A stretch of 32,000 bases of DNA, taken from an uncultured Actinomycetes bacterium (GTDB lineage: Bacteria; Actinomycetota; Actinomycetes; S36-B12; CAIYMF01). Location of the stretch: the NCBI GenBank assembly GCA_963843975.1, contig CAWJMG010000001.1, positions 240,001 to 272,000 on the forward strand, in the 5' to 3' direction. The notes beneath the pieces were generated by a model, which was not told the DNA's origin, made no database searches, and worked only from the letters and a program-made list of their open reading frames with translations. Of this stretch, positions 9,107-16,943 are shown piece by piece. The position numbers and the translations under genes were made by a program. Position 1 is the first letter of the stretch. Every line of letters begins with the position of its first letter.

Positions 9107-11530
9107 ATGACGGCGACGAGGGAGCCGCGGGCCGCACGCGAGCCGCAGCCGATCGATGCGATCGGCGCGCTGCGGTGGGACCGCGCCTCGGACACGTCGT
9201 ACTGGTCGCCCGAGGCCCGGGCGATCCTCGGCGTCGACGCCGACGCGCCGTCGACGACCGAGTTCTTCCTGCAGCACATCCACCCCGACGACGTCCTGAG
9301 CGTGCTGGACCTCATGCGCGACCTCCCTACCGACGCACCGGTGTTCCTCCTCCCGTTCCGGGTCCTGCGCGCCGACGGGCAGGTGCGGCAGATCTTCACC
9401 ACCTGGTCGGCCGCCGACCCGCACGCACCGGGGCCGCACACCTACTCCGGCACGATGGTCGACTGGACGGCGGAGGCGGACGTCTCGCGCATGCTGGACG
9501 AGTCGCGACAGCTCCTCAGGGCGACGATCGACCACGCCGTCGACCCCCTCATGCAGGCCGAGGGGCTCTACGAGGACGGCGAGCTCGTCGACCTCGGCAT
9601 CTTCGACGCGAACCCGGCCGCACTCGACTACATACACCTCGAGCTGCACCAGGTCGTCGGGCTCAGCCTCTTCACGCTCTTCGGCGACGGGCTCGACGCG
9701 GCACTGCGATCGCTCTACCTGGACACCCTGGTGACCGGGGAGCCGCTGCTGGTCGACGGGTTCGAGTACAGGGGTCCGGGCGACGAGCGCCCTCGCTGGT
9801 TCGACTTCCGGGTCTACCGCGCCGGCGACGTCGTCACTGTCTCGTGGCGCGACGTGACCGCTCGTCGTGAGGCCGAGCGCTCCCTCGCGGCGTCGGAGCG
9901 GCTGTTCCGCTCTTCGATGCACGACGCGACGATCGGCATGGCGCTGGCCGACCTCGACGCGACGATCCGGCTCGTCAACCCCGCCCTCGCCCGGTTGCTC
10001 GGCCGGGACGAGGAGTGGTTCGTGGGCCGCTCGCTCCTGGACCTCGTGCACCCCGATGAACGTGCCCGGGTCCTGGACGAGCGGCATCGCGTCGTCGGCC
10101 AGGAGTCCGAGTCCGTCACCTCCGAGGTCCGGCTGCTGCGCGCGGACGGCGAGGACGTGCCCGTCCGGCGGGTCGGGGTCGTCGTGAGCGACGCCGAGGG
10201 GAACCCGGACTTCCTCATGGTGCAGGTCGAGGACCTCAGCGAGCAGCACCGGGCCCTCCACGAGCTCGAGTACCGCGCCTTCCACGACCCGCTCACCGGC
10301 CTGCGCAACCGCAGCTGGATCCAGGAGATCCTCGACGTCGACCTGGCCGCTGCCCGGCTCGTGTCCGGTGCCCTCGCCGTTCTCTACCTCGACCTCGACC
10401 GGTTCAACGTCGTCAACGACTCGCTCGGGCACACCGCCGGGGACGCGCTGCTCATGACCGTCGCGGAGCGGCTCGCCGACTGCATGCGACCGGGCGACCG
10501 TCTCGCACGCGTCGGCGGGGACGAGCTCGTGGTGGTGGTCAACGGGCTCAGCGGCGACGAGGCCGAGGCGGTGGCTGAGCAGATGGCCGAGGCGATCACG
10601 AGGACCGTCTCGGTCGACACGACCGTCGACGGCCACCGCGTGCTGCCCACCATCTCGATCGGGGTCGCGGTGTCCGAGGACGCGTCGACCGCTTCGAGCC
10701 TCCTGCGGGACTCCGATGCGGCGCTGGTGCGCGCCAAGAAGGAGGGTCGCAACCGCTGGGCCTTCGCGGACACCCAGCAGCACGAGCGCGCGATCGCACG
10801 TCTCACCCTGGAGGACGCGTTGCGGCTCGCGGTCGAGCGGCACGAGTTCGTCACCTACTACCAGCCCATCGTCCGGATCAGCTCGGGCGAGGTCGTGGGG
10901 CACGAGGCGCTGGTGCGCTGGGCACACCCGGAGCGGGGGATCCTCGCACCGGCGGAGTTCATGGAGGTCGCCGAGGCCTCGGGCATCGTGACCGAGATCG
11001 ACCTCGCCGTGCTCGATGGCGCGTGCCTGGCCCTCGGCGCCGGCCTGCTGCCGGGAACGGTGAGCGTCAACGTCAGCGCCATGGACATCGTCCGCACCAC
11101 GTGGTTCGACGACGTGCTCTCGGCTCTGCAGCGGCACCACCTGGATCCGAGCAGGCTCGTCCTGGAGATCACGGAGACGGCGGCGCTCGAGATCCCAGAG
11201 CACACACGCTGGAGCCTCGACCGGCTGCGCGGCCTCGGCGTCGGGCTGCACGTCGACGACTTCGGCACGGGCTTCTCGTCGATCTCGCTGCTGCAGGACC
11301 TCCCTGTCACAGGACTCAAGCTCGACGCGCGCTTCGTGCGTGCGCTGACGCCCGGGGAGGACTCGGCGGCGAACGCGCTCTCAGCTGGTCTCGCCGGTCT
11401 TGCCGACGGCCTCGGGCTCGCCGGTGTCGCCGAGGGTGTCGAGACCGAGGCGCAGGCCGACCTGCTCCTCGCGCAGGGCTGGTCCCATGCCCAGGGCTGG
11501 CTGTTCGGGCGCCCTGCCCCGCTCCCCTGA
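9107..11530 (+). CDS. PAS-PAS-PAS-GGDEF-EAL c-di-GMP turnover protein, copy 1, 807 aa
   Basis: Three PAS-like modules. The GGDEF domain has the variant signature GGDEL and an I-site RPGD 5 residues upstream. The EAL domain has the EALVRW, VNVS, EITE, DDFGTG, KLD and EGVE residues. Confidence 0.9.
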   Translation: MTATREPRAAREPQPIDAIGALRWDRASDTSYWSPEARAILGVDADAPSTTEFFLQHIHPDDVLSVLDLMRDLPTDAPVFLLPFRVLRADGQVRQIFTTWSAADPHAPGPHTYSGTMVDWTAEADVSRMLDESRQLLRATIDHAVDPLMQAEGLYEDGELVDLGIFDANPAALDYIHLELHQVVGLSLFTLFGDGLDAALRSLYLDTLVTGEPLLVDGFEYRGPGDERPRWFDFRVYRAGDVVTVSWRDVTARREAERSLAASERLFRSSMHDATIGMALADLDATIRLVNPALARLLGRDEEWFVGRSLLDLVHPDERARVLDERHRVVGQESESVTSEVRLLRADGEDVPVRRVGVVVSDAEGNPDFLMVQVEDLSEQHRALHELEYRAFHDPLTGLRNRSWIQEILDVDLAAARLVSGALAVLYLDLDRFNVVNDSLGHTAGDALLMTVAERLADCMRPGDRLARVGGDELVVVVNGLSGDEAEAVAEQMAEAITRTVSVDTTVDGHRVLPTISIGVAVSEDASTASSLLRDSDAALVRAKKEGRNRWAFADTQQHERAIARLTLEDALRLAVERHEFVTYYQPIVRISSGEVVGHEALVRWAHPERGILAPAEFMEVAEASGIVTEIDLAVLDGACLALGAGLLPGTVSVNVSAMDIVRTTWFDDVLSALQRHHLDPSRLVLEITETAALEIPEHTRWSLDRLRGLGVGLHVDDFGTGFSSISLLQDLPVTGLKLDARFVRALTPGEDSAANALSAGLAGLADGLGLAGVAEGVETEAQADLLLAQGWSHAQGWLFGRPAPLP

Positions 11531-11568
11531 GGCCTTGGCGACGTCGAGCAGCCGCCCCCCGGCCTCGA
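11531..11568 (-). pseudogene. 38-nt relic of the 5' end of the GNAT-AAA+ gene (duplication scar)
   Basis: 11531..11568 matches 8886..8923 (inside the GNAT gene) at 35 of 38 positions by hand alignment. It lies directly after the stop of copy 1. Confidence 0.6.
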
Positions 11569-11622
11569 TGGCATCCCTTCGGGCTTTCTCCCGTTCGGCG
11601 CGTCACCGGGGTCAGGACTCCC

Positions 11623-11628
11623 TAACCT
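11623..11628 (+). promoter_or_regulatory. candidate -10 hexamer TAACCT, 7 nt upstream of the ATG of PAS-GGDEF-EAL copy 2
   Basis: cccTAACCT-cggtgtc-ATG. Paralogous to 9094..9099. Confidence 0.4.
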
Positions 11629-11635
11629 CGGTGTC

Positions 11636-14065
11636 ATGACCGGGGGACGGGGATGGGTCGAGGCGCGCGCGCTTGCCGACGCGCGGCCCGTCGACGCCCT
11701 GGGGCTGTTCACCTGGGACAGGCCCGGACGCAGGGTGACCTGGTCGGCGGAGACCGCCGACATCATCGGCGTCGACCGTGCGGCGGCACCGTCCAACAGG
11801 CTGTGGTTCGCCAGCCTCCACGAGGACGACCGTGCAGCCATCATGGCCGCCATCGACAGCATCCCGATCGACGCGCGGTCGTACCAGCTCCGCTACCGCG
11901 TGCCGCGCCCCGACGGCAGCATCCGCCACGTCGTGCACATCGGCATCGCCGTGGACCCCTCGGGCCCGGGGCCGTACCAGTACATCGGGACGCTCGCGGA
12001 CTGGACGTCGGCGCACGACGCCATCGTCGCCGTCGAGCTCTCGCACGACCGGCTGCGGCAGTCGCTCGACAACCAGATCGACCCGGCCCTCGAGCTCGAG
12101 GTCGTGCTCGAGGACGGCGCGCCCGTCGACCTCGTGATCGTCGAGGCCAACCCCGCCCTGCTCGCCGAGAACGGCGTGGACCGCGAGCACCTGGTCGGGC
12201 AGAGCCTGCAGGGCGTGGCGGGCGACAACCTGCTCAGCGAGCCCTACCGCAGCTACCTGGACACGCTGATCACGGGCACACCTCTCAGCATCGACGGCTT
12301 CCAGTTCAAGCATCCGCACACCGGCGATCTGCGGCGGTACGACGTCCGCGCCTACCGCAGCGGCGACCGGCTGGTGGTCACGTGGCGCGACGTCACCGAG
12401 CGCCAGCGCGAGCAGGAGGCGCTCGCGACGTCGGAGAGGCTGTTCCGGTCGACCGTCATGGATGCCGCGATCGGCATGGCGGTCGCCGACCCCGACGGCA
12501 GCTTCCGGATCGTCAACGCCGCGCTGTGCACCCTCGTCGGCCGGGACCCCTCGTGGTTCGAGGAGCACGTGATGATCGACGTCGTGCACCCCGACGACCG
12601 CGACCGTGTGCTGGCGGAGTGGTCGCAGCTGTTCGCGGTGGGTACCGACACGGCCACGATGGTGTCCGAGCTGCGGCTCGTGCGCTCGGACGGCGAGGTC
12701 GTGCATGTGCGCAGGGCCGGTGTCGTCGTGCGGGATGCGGCCGGGGTCCCCGAGTACCTGCTGGCGCAGATGGAGGACCTCACCGCGCATCACCGCGCTC
12801 TCTACGAGCTCGAGTACCGCGCCTTCCACGACGAGCTCACCGGCCTGCGCAACCGTCCGTGGATCCAGGACATCGTCGGCCTCGACCTCGCCGCCGCTCG
12901 TCGCAGCGGCACGAGCATCGCGGTCCTCTCCCTCGACCTCGACCGGTTCAACGTCGTCAACGACTCGCTCGGCCACGCCGCGGGCGACGCGCTGCTGTGC
13001 CAGGTCGCCGACCGGCTCGCTGCGAGCCTCCGCCCGGCGGACCGGATCGGCCGGGTCGGTGGCGACGAGTTCGTCGTCGTCCTCAGCGGCATCACCGACC
13101 CGACGGACGCCGAGGAGGTGGCCGAGCATCTGATCACGGCGGTCTCGGTCGACACCACGGTGGACGGGCACCGCGTCCTGCCCACGGTGTCGGTCGGCAT
13201 CGCGCTGTCCGGCGACGGCGCCACGCCGCAGAGCCTGCTGCGCGACTCATCCGCCGCCCTCGTGCGGGCGAAGGACGAGGGCCGAAACCGGTGGGCGTTC
13301 GCCGACACCGCGCAGCACGAGCGCGCCGTCGCGCGCCTCACCCTCGAGGACGCGTTGCGCCTCGCGGTCGAGCGGCACGAGTTCGTCACCTACTACCAGC
13401 CGATCGTGGCGCTGGCGACGGGCGAGGTCGTCGGTCACGAGGCGCTCGTCCGCTGGGCCCACCCCGAGCGGGGCATCCTGGCTCCGGCGGAGTTCATGGA
13501 CGTCGCCGAGGCCTCGGGCATCGTCGGCGAGATCGACCTCGCCGTCCTCGGCGGTGCTTGCGCCGCTCTCAGCTCGGGGATCATGCCGGGGACGGTGAGC
13601 GTGAACGTCTCCGCCGTCGACCTCGCCCGCAGCACCTGGTTCGACGACGTGCTCGCTGCTCTCACCCGCCACGGGGTCGACCCCGGCCGGCTCGTGCTCG
13701 AGATCACCGAGACGGCGGCGCTCGAGCTCCCCGAGCACACGCGGTGGAGCCTGGACCGGCTGCGCGATCTCGGCGTCGGGCTGCACGTCGACGACTTCGG
13801 CACCGGCTTCTCCTCCATCTCCCTCCTTCAGGACCTCCCCGTCACCGGGCTCAAGCTCGACCGTCGGTTCGTGCAGGCGCTCACGAGCGAGGAGGACTCG
13901 GCGGCCAACGCCCTGGCCGCGGGTCTCGCCGGCCTCACCCGCGGGCTGGGGCTCGTCGGCGTCGCTGAGGGCGTGGAGACCGAGGAGCAGGCGGCCGTCC
14001 TGCGCGCGCAGGGGTGGGCGCACGCCCAGGGCTGGCTCTTCGGCCGGCCGGCGCCGCTCCCCTGA
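11636..14065 (+). CDS. PAS-PAS-PAS-GGDEF-EAL c-di-GMP turnover protein, copy 2, 809 aa
   Basis: Same architecture as copy 1. Canonical GGDEF with I-site RPAD, and an intact EAL motif set. The C-terminal half is highly similar to copy 1. Confidence 0.9.
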   Translation: MTGGRGWVEARALADARPVDALGLFTWDRPGRRVTWSAETADIIGVDRAAAPSNRLWFASLHEDDRAAIMAAIDSIPIDARSYQLRYRVPRPDGSIRHVVHIGIAVDPSGPGPYQYIGTLADWTSAHDAIVAVELSHDRLRQSLDNQIDPALELEVVLEDGAPVDLVIVEANPALLAENGVDREHLVGQSLQGVAGDNLLSEPYRSYLDTLITGTPLSIDGFQFKHPHTGDLRRYDVRAYRSGDRLVVTWRDVTERQREQEALATSERLFRSTVMDAAIGMAVADPDGSFRIVNAALCTLVGRDPSWFEEHVMIDVVHPDDRDRVLAEWSQLFAVGTDTATMVSELRLVRSDGEVVHVRRAGVVVRDAAGVPEYLLAQMEDLTAHHRALYELEYRAFHDELTGLRNRPWIQDIVGLDLAAARRSGTSIAVLSLDLDRFNVVNDSLGHAAGDALLCQVADRLAASLRPADRIGRVGGDEFVVVLSGITDPTDAEEVAEHLITAVSVDTTVDGHRVLPTVSVGIALSGDGATPQSLLRDSSAALVRAKDEGRNRWAFADTAQHERAVARLTLEDALRLAVERHEFVTYYQPIVALATGEVVGHEALVRWAHPERGILAPAEFMDVAEASGIVGEIDLAVLGGACAALSSGIMPGTVSVNVSAVDLARSTWFDDVLAALTRHGVDPGRLVLEITETAALELPEHTRWSLDRLRDLGVGLHVDDFGTGFSSISLLQDLPVTGLKLDRRFVQALTSEEDSAANALAAGLAGLTRGLGLVGVAEGVETEEQAAVLRAQGWAHAQGWLFGRPAPLP

Positions 14066-14100
14066 CAGTCCTGCTGACGCCGTCCGGCAGGATCGGCCTC

Positions 14101-14716
14101 GTGCCCTCCGTCCATCCGCTCACCCCCGACGGCCTCGTGGCTGCGGTGGCCGTGCGGGCCGACGAGTACGACGGCGTACGCCGGATCTGCATCGACGGCG
14201 CACCCGCCACCGACCCGCACGGCCTGGGCGCCGCGGTCGTCGCGCATCTCGCGGGGGGCCGCCCGGCGGTCCACGTGCGCGCGGACGACTTCTGGCGGCC
14301 CGCGGGCCAGCGGTTCGAGTACGGCAAGCAGGATGCGCAGGCGTACCTCGAGACGTGGCTCGACGTCGACGCGCTCAGGCGCGAGGTGCTCGACTCCGTG
14401 GAGATCCGCGGCACGGTGCTGCCCGGGCTGCGCGACCCGCTCACCGACCGGTCGCTGCGGCTCGCTCCCGTGGAGTTCGGCGAGAACCCGGTCGTGGTGG
14501 TGTCCGGCACCGCGCTGCTCGGGCGGTGGCTGCCGTTCGAGGCTCACCGTCCACCTGCGCATGAGCCCGGCCGCGCTGGCTCGGCGTACCCCTCCGGACG
14601 AGGCGTGGATGCTCGAGGCCCTCGCGCAGTACGCCGCCGACGTCTCGCCCGAGACGACCGCCGACCTCGTGGTGCGCTGCGACGACCCGCAGCATCCCGC
14701 CCTCGTCGTCCGCTGA
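14101..14716 (+). pseudogene. uridine-kinase-like protein with degenerate P-loop, interrupted by a 1-nt insertion
   Basis: The N-terminal 147 codons (14101..14541) end ...VVVVSGTALLGRWLPFE. The conserved C-terminus LTVHLRMSPAALARRT...PALVVR continues from 14543 in the next frame. The span is 616 nt (3n+1). In the unshifted frame the tail is Arg-rich junk. The GTG 14101 start is tentative. Confidence 0.6.
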
Positions 14717-14735
14717 CGCGCCTCCCTCGGTCGGC

Positions 14736-14741
14736 TACGGT
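14736..14741 (+). promoter_or_regulatory. candidate -10 hexamer TACGGT, 6 nt upstream of the DinB-family ATG
   Basis: TACGGT-cgagcg-ATG at 14748. Confidence 0.3.
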
Positions 14742-14747
14742 CGAGCG

Positions 14748-15236
14748 ATGAGGGACCTCGACGACGCCACGTTCATCGCCGCGCTCGACGGCCAGCGCCG
14801 GGCCGTGCTCGGCAAGGTCGCCGGCATCGACCGCGCGGCGGCGGAGGTCCGGCGCACGGCGTCGGGCACGACGATCGCCGGCGTGCTGCACCACCTCGTG
14901 GTGGTCGAGCGCGACTGGTTCGGGCACCTGTTCGCAGGCGGACCGGACCTCTACGGCGACCTCGAGGACGACTTCGCACCCAACGCCGACCTCACGCTCG
15001 ACGACCTGGCCGACGAGTACCGCGCCGCCTGCCGCGAGTCGGGGGCCGTCGTCGCGGCGGCGTCCTCGTTCGACACCGTGAGCGCGCTGCCGCACCCGTT
15101 CTTCGGCCACGTGACGCTGCGCTGGCTGCACATGCACCTGCTGCGCGAGACCGCCCGGCACGCGGGGCATCTCGACATCCTCCGCGAGGAGACCGACGGC
15201 CAGCTGGGCGACGACGCAGCCCCCGACACGATCTGA
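14748..15236 (+). CDS. DinB / DUF664 family protein (mycothiol-transferase-like), 162 aa
   Basis: Motifs GVLHHLVVVERDWF and LLRETARHAGHLDILRE are typical of DUF664 four-helix-bundle proteins. Confidence 0.8.
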   Translation: MRDLDDATFIAALDGQRRAVLGKVAGIDRAAAEVRRTASGTTIAGVLHHLVVVERDWFGHLFAGGPDLYGDLEDDFAPNADLTLDDLADEYRAACRESGAVVAAASSFDTVSALPHPFFGHVTLRWLHMHLLRETARHAGHLDILREETDGQLGDDAAPDTI

Positions 15237-15369
15237 GCGTTCGAGGCATCGGCGGCCGCTCCCGCGCGCCCGCTGTGTCGGCATCGCGCACTACCGTGTC
15301 GATCTCGCTTGTTGCCGTTCGTACAGGGGTGAGCGCAGGTATCCCACCTGCCGCAGACAGGGAGCCGTC

Positions 15370-15714
15370 ATGACCGACTTCATCATCTTCTTCAACCAGC
15401 AGTGGGTCGGCGACCACCCGGCCGAGTGGTACGGCACGCGCGGGCCTCTCGCCCGCGCCGTCGTCGAGGAGATGCGCCAGGCGGGCGTGCTCGTCTACGC
15501 CGGCGGGCTCGTGGAGGAGCTCGACCAGGCCTTCAGCGCCGACGCGACCAGCGGCGAGCTGCTCGTCACCGACGGCCCGTACGCCGAGACCAAGGAGTAC
15601 CTCGGCGGCCTCACCATCGTGCGCGTCGCCGACGAGGCCGAGGCGCGGATCTGGGCCGGCAAGGTCGCGGTGGCGTGCGGGTGGCCCCAGGAGGTCCGCC
15701 CCTTCAAGTCCTAG
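15370..15714 (+). CDS. YCII-related domain protein, 114 aa
   Basis: ATG preceded by GGGAG. TDGPYAETKEYLGG motif (DGPF/YAETKE signature of the YCII family). Confidence 0.85.
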   Translation: MTDFIIFFNQQWVGDHPAEWYGTRGPLARAVVEEMRQAGVLVYAGGLVEELDQAFSADATSGELLVTDGPYAETKEYLGGLTIVRVADEAEARIWAGKVAVACGWPQEVRPFKS

Positions 15715-15761
15715 CCGAACGCGGCTGGCCCAGACCTCTGGTCGTGTGCGCCCGACGTACC

Positions 15762-15767
15762 TAGGGT
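15762..15767 (+). promoter_or_regulatory. candidate -10 hexamer TAGGGT, 6 nt upstream of the VOC-family ATG
   Basis: TAGGGT-cgttgc-ATG at 15774. Confidence 0.3.
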
Positions 15768-15773
15768 CGTTGC

Positions 15774-16133
15774 ATGGAACGCGTCTCAGGCATCGGGGGC
15801 TTCTTCTTCCGCGCTCGCGACCCCGAGGCTCTGGCAGCGTGGTACGCCGCCCACCTCGGCATCGCGAGCGTCACCGACGGCGCTCCGTGGGACCAGGAGG
15901 CCGGCATGACCGTCTTCGCGCCGTTCCCCGCGGACACCGACTACTTCGGCAGCCGCGAGCAGCCGTTCATGCTCAACTTCCGCGTCACCGATCTCGACGC
16001 GATGCTCGCCCAGCTGCGCGGGGCGGGCGGCACCGTCGAGGACGACGTCGTCGACGAGAGCTACGGCCGCTTCGGCTACGCCCGCGACCCCGAGGGCAAC
16101 CGCTTCGAGCTCTGGCAGCCGATCGACGGCTGA
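15774..16133 (+). CDS. VOC (glyoxalase / bleomycin-resistance) family protein, 119 aa
   Basis: N-terminal GIGGFFFRARDPEALAAWY and C-terminal GRFGYARDPEGNRFELWQP, typical of single-domain VOC proteins. Confidence 0.85.
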   Translation: MERVSGIGGFFFRARDPEALAAWYAAHLGIASVTDGAPWDQEAGMTVFAPFPADTDYFGSREQPFMLNFRVTDLDAMLAQLRGAGGTVEDDVVDESYGRFGYARDPEGNRFELWQPIDG

Positions 16134-16179
16134 TCGCGCCGCTGGCGCTCCGCCGTCGGCATGAGCGTGCGGACTGCTG

Positions 16180-16474
16180 CTACATGGAGTGCGACTCGTA
16201 GATGCGGACGCTGTCGATGATCGGCATCGAGCTGCACGAGCGACTCGGCATGCTCGAGATCCTCGGCGTTGAGGATGCAGTAGCCGACCAGCGGTGACGG
16301 GGTGTTGAGATCGAGATCGGTTCGGCCACCGTGGGTGAGCTCGACACCGCGGCCGAACGGGCTGCCCGGGTCGACCAGGTGGGGACCGACGGCGGCGAAC
16401 CAGGCACCCCACGCCTGCTGCACCTCGTCGGTCGGTGTGGTGAAGCCGTACGTGAGCACGATGAACTTCTTCAC
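16180..16474 (-). pseudogene. small conserved alpha/beta protein coupled to the ArsR gene, apparently interrupted by a 1-nt insertion
   Basis: GTG at 16474 with AGGAAGG upstream. 82 good codons (VKKFIVLTYGF...NAEDLEHAESLVQL) are followed in the next frame by MPIIDSVRIYESHSM-stop at 16180. The span is 295 nt (3n+1). The unshifted frame gives an Arg-rich tail that runs into the VOC gene. Confidence 0.5.
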
Positions 16475-16863
16475 GGTGGACCCTTCCTGCGCCCTCGTCG
16501 ACGGGCGTCTCTGGTGGTGTCGGTCAGGTACTGCTGGTAGTTCTCGAACGTTCCTTCCCCGGATCCCCAGTAGGTGTGGAACTGCCCCGCCCACTGCTGG
16601 ACGAGGGCCAAGGGAGCGGGGTCGAGCGTGAGGAAGGTGGTACGCCCCGTCTTGTGCCGCCTGATGAGGCCCGCGGCGTCCAGCACACCGATGTGCTTGT
16701 TGATCGCAGGAAGCGAGAGCCCGCGCAGCGCGGCGAGATGGTGGATCGCCGCAGGCTGCTGCCCGAGGAAGCGGACGATCTCCCGGCGATGGGCGTTCGC
16801 GAGGGCATGGAGGACGACGTCGAGCTCGTCCGGTTCCTCCGCCTTCGTTCCACGCTCCTGCAA
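16471..16863 (-). CDS. ArsR/SmtB-family winged-helix transcriptional regulator, 130 aa
   Basis: TTG start at 16863, 7 nt after AGGAGG. The HTH region is ALANAHRREIVRFLGQQPAAIHHLAALRGLSLPAINKHIGVLDAAGLI. Its stop overlaps the GTG of the next gene (GTGA). Confidence 0.8.
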   Translation of the reverse strand: MQERGTKAEEPDELDVVLHALANAHRREIVRFLGQQPAAIHHLAALRGLSLPAINKHIGVLDAAGLIRRHKTGRTTFLTLDPAPLALVQQWAGQFHTYWGSGEGTFENYQQYLTDTTRDARRRGRRKGPP

Positions 16864-16943
16864 CAGTTCACCTCCTGGTGAAGTGTTGGCTCGCGCGGGA
16901 CGCACTGTCAAGGCCTGGCCGCCGGCGGCGCAGCGCGTGATCC

